Below are positions 36,221 to 49,475 of a stretch of 64,000 bases of DNA, piece after piece. The stretch is taken from assembly GCF_963921235.1 (NCBI RefSeq), contig NC_086097.1, positions 229,154,001 through 229,218,000 on the forward strand, in the 5' to 3' direction. Both the position numbers and the translations under genes were made by a program. Position 1 is the stretch's first letter; each line of letters begins with the position of its first letter. The notes below the pieces were generated by a model. That model worked only from the letters and a program-made list of their open reading frames with translations, ran no database searches and was not told where the DNA came from. This DNA is from Mobula hypostoma (Eukaryota).

Positions 36221-38403
36221 TCAGTAAGGGCAAGGATGGCAAGGGAATCTTGGATGACAGAGGTTATAAACAGCCAAAAAACAAAAAAAAAAGTATTTGC
36301 AAAGCTCAAAAAGCTAAAATCATACACTGCTTTGAGAAGCAGATAACAGGAAAAAGATCAAGCAGGGGATTAAGAAAGCCAAAAGGGTTCATAAAATACC
36401 ATTAGCAAATCCCAACACATTTTATACTTACACTGGAAACAAGAGGATAACTAGGGAGAGAGTAGAACCAGGCGGGGATAGTGAATGGAATTTATGCTCA
36501 GAGCCAGAGAATGTGTGCAAAGTACTAAATAAGTACCTTGCATCAGCATTCACGAAGAAAGGCACAAAGGTATCAGGAGCAACATTAGGCATGCTAACGT
36601 CCTAGGATGTTCAGATCAGGAAGGTGATTGTGGGCCTTTTGAACAGCATCAAAATGGAAGTCCCCAGGGCCTGATGGGATATATCCCTGGTTATTGAAAA
36701 AAGCAAACAAGGAGATTGTTATGGTCTTGGCCAAGATTTTTGCATCTTCATTTGCAACAGACTGTAAGGCACAGGAGCAGAGTTAGGCCATTCAGCACCT
36801 CAGCCAGAAGTCATGGTCCACATAGGTACCAATGATATAGGTACAAAGAGGGATGAAGTTCTGCGGAGTGAATTCAGGGACTTAGGTGGTAAATTAAAGT
36901 ACAGGACTTCCAGGGTTGTGATCTCAAGATTACTACCCATGCCACGTGCTAGTGAGGCCAGAAATAGGAAGATCATACAGTTCAGCACGTGGCTAAGGAG
37001 TTGGTGTAGGAGGGAGAGCTTCAAAATTTTGGATCATAGGGTTCTCTTCCATGGAAGGTGGGATATGTACAGGAGAGAATGTTTGCACCTAATCTAGACC
37101 GGGGTGGGGTGGGGGGGGGGTGGGGGAGAGAAGAGTAGTGTAGTATCTAAATTAAGAATTGCAGGGGGATGGGAACCAGAGTGCCAGAACAGATAGAGTG
37201 GTTGTGGAGACGTGTTGTTAAGACAGCAAAGTCAGGAAGCAAAAGGTTGAGTATGGTGGGGCTAATGTTCCGAGTTGTGTATATTTCAATGCAAGTAGTA
37301 TCGTAGGAAAGGCAGATGAGCTCAGAGCATGGGTCAACACCTGGAATTATGATATTGTAGCTATTAGTGAGACTTGGTTGCAGGAGGGGCAGGACTGGCA
37401 ACTCAGTATTTTGGGGCTCCGTTGTTTTAGACATGATAGAGTGGGAGGGATTAAAGGGGGCGACGTGGTGTTACTAATCCAGGGAAATGTCACAGCAGTG
37501 CTCAGTCAGGACAGACTGGAAAACCCATCTAGTGAGGTCTTATGGGTGGAACCGAGGAATAAGAAAGCTATGACCACATTAACGGGGATACATTATAGAC
37601 CACCCAGCAGTCCACGGGATTTAGAGGAACAAATTTGTGGAGAGATTGCAGACTGTTACAAGAAACATAACACTGTGATAATAGGTGATTTTAATTTTCT
37701 ACATATTGACTGGAGCTCCCATATTGTAAAAGGGGTAGATGGGATAGAGTCGTCAACATGTTCAGGAAAGTTTCCTTCATCAGTATGTTAAAAACATTCC
37801 AACGAAAGATAATGCGATACTGGATCTGTTATTAGGGAATGAGACAGGGCAGGTGCAGAAGTTTGTGTAGGAAAACACTTTGCGTCTAGTGACCGCAATG
37901 CCATTAGCTTCAAAACAAATGTACAAAAAGATAGATCTAGTCTGAAGGTTGAGATTCTAAGTTGGAGAAAGGTCAAGTTTGATGTTATGAGAAATAAACT
38001 GGCAAGTGTTGATTTGGACAGGCCATTTTCTGGCAAAAGTGGACTTGGAAAGTGGGAGGCCTTCAAAAACCAAATTTTGAAAGTACAAAACTTCCATGTG
38101 TCTGTCAGAATAAAGATAAAGATAACAAGTGTAGCAAACTGGTTTTGATGAGATATTGAAGCCCTGGTTAAAAGAATAAAGGACTTGCATAGCAGGTACG
38201 GGCAAGTAGGAACGCATGAGGTGTTTATGAAGTATAAGAAAAGCAAGAGAATGCGTACAGCAATCAGGAGAGCTAAAAGACGGCATGAGGTTGCTATAGC
38301 AGACAAGGTGGAACAGAATTCTAAGGGCTTCTACAGATATGTTAAAAGCAAAAGGATTACAAGGGACAGCACTGGTCCTCTGGAAGATCATAATGGTGAT
38401 CTA

Positions 38404-39858
38404 CAACATAACATAAGAAATAGGAGGAATAGGCCATCTAGCCCGTCAAGCCTGCTCCACAATTCAAAATGATCATGGCTGATCTGACCATGGACTCTTC
38501 TCCACCTACCTGCCTTTTCCCCTTAACCCTCAATTTCCCTACTGTGCAAAAATCTATCCAACCTTCTCCCTCCTTTATTCTCCGTATACCTATGACCGTG
38601 TCGCCATCCACAGCTGCAATCTGCTAATTAAATTTGCCGTCAACACTACACTGATTGGCCTAATCTCAAATGACAATGAGGAAGACTACGGAGAAGAAGT
38701 CTTCACCCTGACACAGTGGTGTCAAGAAAACCTCTCCCTTAATGTCGCAAAAACAAAGGAGCTGGTTGTGGACTACAGGAGGAATGGAGACAGGCAGGCC
38801 CCTATTGACAGCAATGGATCTGGGGTTGAGAGGGTGAGCAGCTTTAAGTTCCTTGGCATAAACATCACCAAGGATCTCACGTGGTCTGTACATACCGGCT
38901 GTGTGGTGAAAAAGGCACAACAGTGCCCCTTTCACCTCAGCTGGTTGAAGCAGCTTGGTATGGGCCCCCATGTCCTAAGAACTTTCTATAGGGCCACAAC
39001 TGAGAGCATCCTGACTGGCTGGTATGGGAACTGTACTTCCTTCAATCATAGGACTCTGCAGAAAGTGATGTGGACAGCCCAGCGCATCTGTAGATGTGAA
39101 TTTCCCACTATTCAGGACATTTACAAAGACTAGTGTGTAAAAAGGCCCGAATGATCATTGGGTACCCAAGTCACCTCAACTACCTCAACGGTACCACAGC
39201 ATAAAAGCCAGGACAAAGAGGCTCCAGGACAGCTTCTTCCACTGACTGCTTAATTCATGCTGACACAACAGTATTTCTATGCTATATTAACTATTCATAT
39301 TTAACCATTTTGTTACTGTTCTGTTGTACATACTATTATAAATTACTACATATTGCACATTTAGACGGAGATGTAACGTAAAGATTTTTACTCTGTATGT
39401 GAAGGAAGTAATAAAGTTAATTCAATTCAAATATATTTACTGAGGTAGCCTCCACTGTTTCATTAGGTAGAAAATTCCACAGATTAACCACTCTCTGGGA
39501 AAAGCAGTTCCTCCTCATCTCTGTCCTTAATCTACTCCCCCGAATCTTGAGGCTATGTCCCCTAGTTCTCACCTACCAGTGGAAACAACTTTCCTGCCTC
39601 TATCTTATCTATCCCTTCATAATTTTATATGTTTCTATAAGATCTCCTCTCATTCTTCTGAATTCCAGCAAGTACAGTCCCAGCCGAATGAACCTCTCCT
39701 CATATTCTAACTCTCTCATGTCTGGTATTAACCTGGTGAACCTCCTCTGCATTCCTTCAAAGCCAATATATCCTTCCTCAAGTAAGGAGACCAGAACTGC
39801 ACACAGTACTCCAGATGTGGCCTCACCAGTACCCTGTACAGTTGCAGCATAACCTCGC
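38404..39858 (-). mobile_element. Antisense CR1 3' fragment nested in CR1, itself split by a Rex-like LINE
   Basis: [29 protein letters not shown] at 39609-39850. The tail at 38404-38565 rejoins across the 38566-39430 insert. Confidence 0.85.
38566..39430 (+). mobile_element. Rex1/Babar-like LINE 3' part (innermost insertion)
   Basis: KFAVNTT, LNVAKTKELVVDYRR and FKFLGINITKDLTWSVHT..KKAQQ, with a (TTCAA)n tail. Confidence 0.85.
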
Positions 39859-40435
39859 TGGTCTATGCGTGGAGCCAAAAGAAATGGAGATCTTAGAATA
39901 ATATTTTGCACTTGTATTCAGACAGGGGACAGACACAGTTTATAAATTTGAGCAAAACAGCAGCAGTCTTGCATGGGAGGTTGGTTAAGAAGGTAGAGTT
40001 GCTTGATATTCAAGATGTGTTTGCAAACTTCAGTTCAACTGTAAAATATGAAGATAGATCGGATAGGCTGCTATTGCAATAAAAGAGGCTGAAGAGAGAC
40101 ATAACCAAAATGCATAAAAAGCCTAGAACCTTTATTAGAGGATCAGAAATCAGAGTGTAACAATCTAAAATCAATAACAAAATGAGGGGAGGGGGAGCTT
40201 TTATTCCACATGCATCCTACCGAAGAAGGCAAGTACCATAGAAGATACCTTCACTGATCTTTCTGCAAGATCCATTTTCATGGGACTATACCGTAAATTC
40301 AAAGTCACTAACGACAAAGAATGTGCATTTCCACAATTTGTGATAAAATCCTTGGAAGAATCCTTCTGATCTAGATCTTCCGATTATGATAAACACAATA
40401 CAAATCTGTCTATTCTTAGTTTGGCCGTTCTTTAC

Positions 40436-40551
40436 CTTAGCAAGTTCATTGGTCAGTCCTTCTCTCTCTTCATCGGTCAATCCACCGCGCAAGTCAGCAG
40501 TTGCTGCTGCATCTTCCCCCATTTCAGGTGCTGGATCACTTTGCAGCAGTC
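40436..40551 (-). CDS. TPD52: TPD52 coding exon 2 (G-LLQSDPAPEMGEDAAATADLRGGLTDEEREGLTNELAK)
   Basis: Acceptor TTTCTTTTGCAG, donor AAG|GTAAAG, 116 nt, phase 1 to 0. Resembles TPD52 GLLRTDPVPEEGEDVAAT..ELAK. Confidence 0.93.
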
Positions 40552-40714
40552 CTGCAAAAGAAACAAAGGAAATATTTTACCGTTATCTATTATCTTCTTG
40601 CATCTTTTTGCACCCATTTACCTTTGCCCTGTAGGTTTAACTTTTGAAAATACTGCTCAAAACATTTACATTATAAAAAATTTTAGCTCAACACCTGTTA
40701 CAAAAAACAGAGAA

Positions 40715-41299
40715 AACATTGAAAAAAATTGAAAGAGTGCAAAGAAGATTTACTAGGATGTTGCCAGGTCTTCAGGAGTTGAGTTACAGGGAAAGATTGA
40801 ACAGGTCAGGACTTTATTCCTTGGAGCGTAGAAGAATGAGGGGAGATTTGATAGAGGTTTACAAAATTATGAGGGGTATAGACAAAGTAAATGTGAATAG
40901 GCTCTTTCCACTTAGATTAAGAGAAATAAATATGAGAGGACATGGCCTTAGGGTGAAAGGGGAAAGGTTTAGGGGTAACTTCTTCACTCAGAGTGGTGGG
41001 AGTGTGGAACGAGCTGCCATCTGACATGGTAAATGCGGGCTCACTCTTAAGTTTTAAGAATAAATTGGATAGGTACATGGATGGTAGAGGTCTGGAGGGT
41101 TTTAAGGTGGGGGGTTATATAGGAGGCAGGATTTGATGGTCAGCACAACATTGTGGGCCGAAGGGGCTGTAGTGCATTGTACTGTTCTATGCTCTGTTAT
41201 GAACTGGAAGCAGGTCAATGGGACTAGCGGAATAATGTTTCGGCACAGACTAGAAGGGCCAAATGGCCTGTTTCTGTGCTGTAGCGTTCTATGGTTCTA
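40715..41299 (+). mobile_element. CR1 3' fragment with a second short CR1 tail inserted at ~41101-41196
   Basis: IERVQRRFTRMLPGL..RGDLIEVYKIM; two successive 3' tails. Confidence 0.85.
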
Positions 41300-41525
41300 A
41301 GATTCATCCTTGCGCCTCTTCTGAAGAATGCATCTTAAGCATCTTTCTCTGCAAGAGGATTTAAGATTATGGTTAGATTTTTGATCTTGCGCATGTCCTG
41401 TATTAACCCAAGGTCAATTTCTATTTTTGACCTAATTGTAACCTTTTATCTCCACCCATTTAATACCATCCATTATTTTCCTATTATCTAATTTGTTGAT
41501 ATCCTCTTGCTTGATAACGTAATTA

Positions 41526-43207
41526 CACTGAACAGCAATTTTTTTTCCCCCCAAGTGTTGCTTCCTCAAATCTTTTGTGGTTATGATAGACTGCTTGAAG
41601 CTGAACAAATACAATTTCAGACTACTTATATCATGGAGGCATTTGGAGAAATAAGAAATTAACTTTTACTGAGTGTGTTAATTGCACAACGGTTTAATTG
41701 TGTAACTCTTTGCAATAGTTCAACTAAGCTAAACATGTTCTGTTGCTGACTTTTGCTTGTACTCAGTGCCCGAGGCTTCTTGCTTAAGTGTCCAAAAATC
41801 ATCAGCCAGCATAGATGGATTCCAGTTGCCCTGATACCACTTCTCCATGGCCACAACATCGTGGTGAAACCTTTCACCACGCTAGTCACTAACAGCACCA
41901 AGATTTGCAGGGAAGAAGTCTAAATGGGAATGCAGAAAATGAATCTTTAGTGACGTGTTGCACTTCATGATTTTGCATGTTGTCAACCAGCTGCACATTG
42001 TTTGGTGCTCTATAGTTCCTAGAAAATTTTCAACAACATCCTTGAATGTTTTCTATGCGATTTTTTCCAGTTCCACGAGAAGATCTTTGAAATGCCTGTC
42101 ATTGATTACCCGTTTGATTTGTGGACCAACAAAAATGTATTCCTTAATTTTAGCATCTGTTATTCTGAGAAACATCCATCTCAATTATCAAAATCATTCA
42201 TGGAAAAAAGTTTGTGACTGGAGTCAGCAGATTCTATCCTTGCAGTCTTGAACCCAGTAATTCTGTTTTAGCTTTTGACAAATGCAAGTCTCTGACCAGA
42301 TCATACAACTCAGATTAAGTTATCAAGTGAGGCTCACTCGACATAAAAGATTCAAAATCTATATCAGTATCAGTTTTTCATTTCTGGCATATGCACCATG
42401 GTTTTGTCTGCCTCCTCTAGACTCCATATCTCTGGTGGCTTCGGTACTAGTCTCCTAGCACAGCACAGGTCGCGTGGCTCAAGGGAAATTGGGGTATTCA
42501 ATGGAACTCTTTTTTGCAGAGAAACCCGACACACTGGTCAGACAAAAGCAGTCTGTCACCTGATCCTTCTATTCTCGCCATATCAACCAAACAAGGAACG
42601 ACATTGACTTCCGAGCATCTCCTAGCCAAGCTCTAAGATCGACAGCGCATGTTGCGCAACAAGGGTGAGAAGCTAAGGCTGTGTCTTGGTTGCTAATTTT
42701 ACACCCAAACAACAGCCGTCATGCTCGTCTTTGAGAATTAAGCGTACAATCGCCACAAATACAACAAAAAGTAAAACGGCTGTAGCAACATTGGTGAGAT
42801 ATTTTGCTATCACAAATACTCCTGAAAAAATAATTACTTTGTCATAATGCTATCTGTGTAGAGCATGCACATCAACGTGATTGCACACCTAAAAACATGT
42901 AAATGCAATGTAGAAAGGTGTGCACGTGATTCGCTTATAGCCTTTCAAAAATCTGTCCTGCTATGCGGCATTCACCCCGCATAAGCATGCCCAGGCATAC
43001 CTGGACAACATAGAAAACTTTTCAGCTTACATTGTGGGCAACATTTTAATTGTCTTGAATTATGAATTGAAATAACAAGTATAGACAATTTTTTCTTTCA
43101 AGTAGTGGGTGATAAGGAAATTTCATGGTGATTTTCATGATCAGCAGCCCAAAATCCGTAAGATACGCCCAAAAGTATTCAGGAAGCAAAATCTTTGCTG
43201 TCCAGTG
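41526..43207 (-). mobile_element. Chapaev3-type DNA transposon with both ends intact and a decayed transposase
   Basis: TTA|CACTGAACAGCAA and TTGCTGTCCAGTG|TTA give a 13-bp TIR with one mismatch and a 3-bp TSD. Minus-strand remnants: FCCICGD, CCATC, WRE.KD..TDC, IFVGPQI, SLKIHFLHSHLDFFP, GERFHHD, YQGNWNPSMLAD. Confidence 0.85.
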
Positions 43208-43829
43208 TTATTTCGTATGTAAGGTATGACACCTCATTTTACAAGATCCTTTGGGTTCCTGATGACTCCACCATCCTCTTTTTGTTATGTCTTTGGGTTC
43301 TTTTATGGCATTACCAAATCGTTTTCAAATTTTTTAGCCATTATTTCCTTTTCCTCTCTCCTCTGTAATCTGCATTTTGTTAGCTATAGTACAAAAACAA
43401 CTTAACTTCAATCCCCATCTTTAAATATTTATTGAACGTAAGAGTCCCTTATTGAAGTGCATCTATGCTACACCCAAACTCTGACCTCTTAAAGCTTCTC
43501 ATTGTTCATTTACTATTTTACCTGCTAATCTGCGTTTCCAATCCACCTGGGCCAGATCCCTTTTCAGCTCATTGAAATTAGCCTTCCAGTTGAATATCTT
43601 CACCTTTGCTTGTTCCTTGTCCCTTTCCATAACTACTCTAAACTTAAGACATAAACAATTAGATTGGACTGAAGAGGTGGAATGTTGTCATGGTTCAAGA
43701 ATACTGGACTGTTTCCTACCCAACTTCATCAATGGAGGAAGAAACTTTGAATATATTATTTCAAAATGTTTTTCAGCAAATAGTTCTTAAGCCAATGAAG
43801 AATTGTGGATTGGCAAGGATCTGAATTGT

Positions 43830-44730
43830 AATTATAATCCATCAGTTAAACTGGTAAAGTTTGTGGATGACACCACTGTCATTGAACTAATCACCAGAGG
43901 CGACAAATCCAAGTAGTCCTAGGAAGTGAACAAGCTAGTGGCCTGATGCACCCACAATAACTTGCAGCTGAATACCCTCAAAACTATGGAGATGCATATC
44001 AACTTCCGGAGATGTACGTCTCCTCTCCACCCACCATCAACTGCTCTACATTTAGCACCATTTCAACATTCAGGTTCCTGGGCATCATCACTTTGCAGGA
44101 TTGCATTCATGTGGGGGAACCATATCTCCTTCAGAAACAGAAAGGACCGGCAGAGGATGTACTTCTTGGAGTAGTTGGTAAAATTCCATCCTACCCAGAA
44201 CATACGGTTGCAATTTTCCACTGCCATCATAGACAGCATCTTCACAACAACCATCACTGTCTGTTTTGGTGCAGCATCCTCTCGCAATATACAAAAACTA
44301 CAATGAACTGTCAGGTCAGCAGAAGTAATTGGCTGCAGTCTACCATTTCTGCAGGACTTGTATGTGGCCAAGACAAAGAAGTGGACAGAAAAATTCATTG
44401 CGGATACTCCCCACCCTGCAAAATGCCTTTTCCAAAAGCTCGCTTCTGCAAAGTACTATAAATGCTATCAAAACAAAAACTTGTTTTTCCCGATCTTAAA
44501 AGTTTAAGATTCCCTCAGGCAATTAATTTGATCAGCAATTCTAGTTAACCCCTTTCCCCACTACTTATTACCCCCATCACTGCATTGTGGACAATTTAAA
44601 CCACTTTTTAAAATATTGTTTACATTGTAAAGGCATGCCGGTATTTTAATTACATATATTTATATACAATTCTTTATAATTGTTTTTTGTTGCATGCCAC
44701 ACCCTGAGATCAATCACGCCAGTTAATCCT
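43830..44730 (+). mobile_element. Rex1/Babar-like LINE 3' part, degenerate
   Basis: KFVDDTTVI, LNTLKTMEM, FRFLGI and QRMYFL motifs. Confidence 0.75.
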
Positions 44731-45414
44731 TGATAAAGCAAGATGAAAAATTCTCTGATCTAATCAACGATCAGTGCTTATTAATCAGAGAATACTTTGA
44801 ATCTTGATAGTGGAAACACTTAGCTCTTTGGAGACTGAAAAATTGCCATTAAATCGGAGGGTCTTAGAAACATTCGTCTAGCTAGTAGGGGATGGATGCA
44901 GTATGACTAGCCCAATGCTTTCATTTAGAACCTAGACATAGCATCAGACAGTCAAGAATCATACAGCACAAAAATGCTTTCATAATTTAATTCAAGTTTC
45001 AGGAAACACATGCAACAGCATAGTTTGGCAGAGTTGAACTTCAAACATGCACAACTGATTTATTCCAAGAATGGTAATCCAAGAAAAGGAACAAACAGTA
45101 CTTTTATGCTTATAAAATCAAATTTAAGAATACAATTGGCTGTTCAAATAATTTGTCAGAAACAAAAAGTCACATGAATTTATATGGATCACTCAAAACT
45201 ACTCATTTTGTTCCCAGACCTTACATGTAAATTAAACGCTCAATTACTTGCTCAGACAGTTTCAGATTGTGTTTGCCAAGTCTTCAACAGAGGCTGCTTT
45301 CATGAATGATATCTAATAAATGGGCTAGCATGACAAATTAAAACCAGCATTTAAAAAAATTTCATATATGCCAAGTAGCTCAAGTAAAGCATTGCAATTA
45401 TATATCAGCAACTG

Positions 45415-47685
45415 AAACATGATTGAGTTCACTGTGAAATTTGAAAAAGAGAAGCCGAAATCCGATGTGTTGGTATTTCAGGGGAGTAAAGGAAATTACA
45501 GTGGCATGAGAGAGGAACTGGCCAAAGCTGACTGGAAAGGGACACTAGCGGGAAGGACGGCAGAACAGCAGTGGCTGGAGTTTATGCGAGAAGTGAGGAA
45601 GGTGCAAGACAGGTATATTCCAAAAAAGAAGAAATTTTCGAATGGAAAAAGGATGCAACCGTGGCTGACAAGAGAAGTCAAAGCTGAAGTTAAAGCAAAG
45701 GAGAGGGCATACAAGGAAGCAAAAATTAGTGGAAAGACAGAGGATTGGGAAGTTTTTAAAAGCTTACAAAAGGAAACTAAGGTGGTCATTAAGAGGGAAA
45801 AGATGAACTATGAAAGGAAGCTAGCAAATAATATCAAAGAGGATACTTAAGCTTTTTCAAGTATATAAGGAGTAAAAGACAGGTGAGAGTAGACACAGGA
45901 CCGACAGAAAATGATGCTGGAGAAATTGTAATGGGAGATAAGGAGATGGCAGAGGAACTGAACGAGTATTTTGCATCAGTCTTCAATGAGGAAGACATCA
46001 GCAGTATACCGGACACTCAAGGTTGGCAGGGAAGAGAAGTGTGCGCAGTCACAATTATGACAGAGTAAGTACTCAGGAAGCTGAATAGTCTAAAGGTAGA
46101 TAAATCTCCCAGACCAGATGGAATGCATCCTCATGTTCTGAAGGAAGTAGCTGTGGAGGCTGCAGAGGCATTAGCGATGATCTTTCAAAAGTCGATAGAT
46201 TCTGGCATGGTTCCGGAAGACTGGAAGACTGCAAATGTCACTCCGCTATTTAAGAAGGGGGCAAGGAAGCAAAAAGGAAATTATAGACCTGTTAGCTTGA
46301 CGTCGGTGGTTGGGAAGTTGTTGGAGTCGATTGTCAAGGATGAGGTTACAGAGTACCTGGAGGCATATGACAAGATAGGCAGAACTCAGCGTGGATTCCT
46401 TAAAGGAAAATCCTGCCTGACAAACCTATTACAATTTTTTGAGGAAATTACCAGTAGGCTGGACAAGGGAGATGCAGTGGATGTTGTATATTTGGATTTT
46501 CAGAAGGCCTTTGACAAGGTGCCACACATAAGGCTACTTAACAAGATAAGAGCCCATGGAATTATGGGAAAGTTACATACATGGATAGAGCTTTGGCTGA
46601 TTGGCAGGAAACAGAGTGGGAATAAAGGAATCCTATTCTGGTTGGCTGCCAGTTACCAGTGGTGTTCCACAGGGGTCCGTGTTGGAGCCGCTTCTTTTTA
46701 CGTTGTACATCAATGATTTGGATTATGGAATAGATGGCTTTGTGGCTAAGTTTGCTGATGATACAAAGATAGGTGGAGGGGCCGGTAGTGCTGAGGAAAC
46801 AGAGTCTGCAGGGAGACTTGGATAGATTGGAAGAATGGGCAAAGAAGTGGCAAATGAAATACAATGTTGGAAAGTGTATGATTACGCACTTTGGCAGAAG
46901 AAATAAATCGGCAGACTATTATTTAAATGGGGAAAGAATTCAAAGTTCTGAGATACAACGGGACTTGGGAGTCCTCGTACAGGATACCCTTAAAGTTAAC
47001 CTCCAGGTTGAGTCGGTGGTGAAGGCGGCGAGTGCAAAGTCAGCATTCATTTCTAGAGGAATAGAGTATAGGAGCAGGGATGTGATGTTGAGGCTCTATA
47101 AGGCACTGGTGAGACCTCACTTGGAGTACTGTGGGCAGTGTTGGGCTCCTTATTTAAGAAAGGATGTGCTGACGTTGGAGACGGTACAGAGAAGATTCAC
47201 TAGAATGATTCCAGGAATGAGAGGGTTAACATATGAGGAACGTTTGCCCGCTCTTGGACTGTATTCCTTGGGAGTTTAGAAGAATGAGGGGAGACCTCAT
47301 AGAAACATTTCGAATGTTGAAAGGCATGGACACAGTGGATGTGGCAAAGTTGTTTCCCATGATGGGGGAGTCTGGTATGAAAGGGCATGACTTAAGGACT
47401 GAAGGGCGCCCATTCAGAACACAAATGCAAAGAAATTTTTTTAGCCAGAGTGTGGTGAATCTATGGAATTTGTTGCCACGGGCGGCAGAGGAGGCCAAGT
47501 CATTGGGTGTATTTAAGGCAGAGATTGATAGGTATCTGAGTAGCCAGTGCATCAAAGGTTATGGTGAGAAGGCGGGGGAGTGGGACTAAATGGGAGAATG
47601 GATCAACTCATGATAAAATGGCGGAGCAGACTCGATGGGCCGAATGGCTGACATCTGCTACTTTGTTTTATGGTCTTATGGTCTA
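45415..47685 (+). mobile_element. CR1 LINE, 5'-truncated, disrupted RT
   Basis: ORFs 45419-47589 carry NYRPVSLTS, DFQKAFDKV, GVPQGS and KFADD. (TTATGGTC)n tail. Confidence 0.95.
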
Positions 47686-48574
47686 ATAATTAGCCAACAT
47701 ATCACCTCCGGAGATGGTTAACCCAAGTTCACTTTTCCACCATATCCTTTGTGTTATATGCTGAGTGCATGCATCATCTAACTTCATGTTCATGTTCCTG
47801 ATCTCCGAGATCAAATTGCATTATACATTCCCTCATGCTGTCAGGGAAGGGTTTCTACTTGTGAGGTGGTTGCACTGTAAAATATATACAATGCCCTTGC
47901 ATGGATAAAGGAAACAACTACATTTTACATATTAAAAAAGGGGGGGGGGGAATGGAGTGGTTTGAATGGGGATAAATAATTAAAATGCAGTGAATCAGAT
48001 TTAGAAAGCCAGGAAGTACCAATAAGAGAACCATAATGGCAAGTGCATCAAGCTGAAATTACACTGAAACAATCAAATAGAACCTTTGAGAGGACAGATA
48101 ACAATGGACACACACAAGATTTTGAATTAACTCAACCTTGAAGATAGAGGTGTGCATTTTTTTTAAATGACAAAAGTAGTACTTTGAGGTGAAGGGGAGG
48201 AGACAAATGTAGATTGTGGCAACAGTGAGAGAACCAGGGGCTGCAGGCAATAAAATCATTTCACTTTCATCTTGAACCTATCCTACTTGGTTGGAAACTA
48301 CAATTACAGGTTAACCTCTGCCAATTCTTTCTGCAAAGCAACATGTTCAAAGGCTAGAATGCCTACAACGACTTATGTCAGTCACAAGTCTAATATGGTC
48401 AGGGCAAATGCATAGGTCACATGATAAATGGGGCCAGCAGATCAATTTCTATTTGAAGCTTGGCAAAGCTTGCCAAGTTCTCACAGTAGAGTGTTGCCCG
48501 AGTTGGAAGCAACTATCCAAAAGAAAATTTAAACATGGAACCTCTTCAGTACAGATCAGAATGGGAAATTGAAG

Positions 48575-48810
48575 CGGTGGGGGGGGGTAGTGAAAAATTA
48601 CCAGAAGTTGGAGGAATCAATGTTCATTGATTGTGAAATCTTTTGGCAGATGGAAAGAAGGTGCTCGACAAAGCAATCCCACAATGTCAGGTCTCACTAA
48701 TGTAGAGTAAGCAGCCTCAGGAGCACCAGATGCAATAAACAACCCCAGATTAGCAGGTGAAGTGTTTCCTCAACTGGAAGGAATGTTTGAAGCTCTGAAT
48801 GGAGGTGAAT
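48575..48810 (-). mobile_element. Penelope-like GIY-YIG fragment
   Basis: Similar to 16356-16700 (CCAGAAGTTGGAGGAATCAATGTTCAT; GAGCACCAGATGCAATA). Confidence 0.6.
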
Positions 48811-49239
48811 CTGGTCTTGCTTCACAACCAAAACTTTCTACCCCAAGCAACTTCCTAGTAAACTTCCTTTGTACCATCTCCGGTGCAATCACATCTTTCT
48901 TATAGTATGGTATGCACATAATACTCCAGCTATCGCTTACTCAAAAACAGAACCCTGATCATGATTTATTATTCTATGCCCTATTTCATGAAGGCTGGCA
49001 TTCTATATACAGCACTTATCCACCATGTTTACTGACTTGTATAGGAGGGCTCTCTTCCTCAATAATCTAAGGTTCTTCAAATAATTGTGTATCAAAATAT
49101 AGTACCTCATACTTAATTCTATCTCCCACTGTTCTGCCCAATTTACCCAAATATTGATGATACCAAAGGATTCAAGTTGCTTCCCTTGGAAGGGCTGATG
49201 GGTCCTGATGCTCTCGAAGATGTTAATCGAAATTCTAAG

Positions 49240-49475
49240 ATTTATGGATTGGACTTGCTTTCTACGGTGCATCTATAAAAATTAGTGAGGGTTTTAGGGG
49301 ACAGGCCAAATTTCTTTAGTTTTCTCAGGAAGTAAAGGTGCTGGTGGGCCTTCTTGGCAGTAGACTCTGCTTGGCTGGACCAAGTCAGGTCATTTGTGAT
49401 ATTGACCCCGAGGAACTTAAAGCTTTTGACCTGTTCCACTTGCGCACCACCGATGTAAATTGGGTTGTGCGGTCC
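49240..49475 (-). mobile_element. Rex1/Babar-like LINE fragment
   Basis: EQVKSFKFLGVNITNDLTWS..KKAHQHLYFLRKLKKFGLSPKTLTNFYRCTVES. Confidence 0.8.

Larger units (their letters stand above)
36800..39990 (+). mobile_element. CR1 with an ORF1 SGNH-esterase remnant and ORF2 endonuclease, split by nested insertions at 38404-39858
   Basis: PEVMVHIGTNDIG..VVISRLLP (esterase-type ORF1), then CVYFNASSI, SETWL, HYRPP and GDFNF. Resumes at ~39859 GGTCTATGCGTGGAGCC. Confidence 0.85.

Noticed and set aside
48059..48260. Candidate PrLZ-like alternative first exon
   Set aside because: No convincing similarity in any frame and no suitable donor; exon 1 is probably outside the window.
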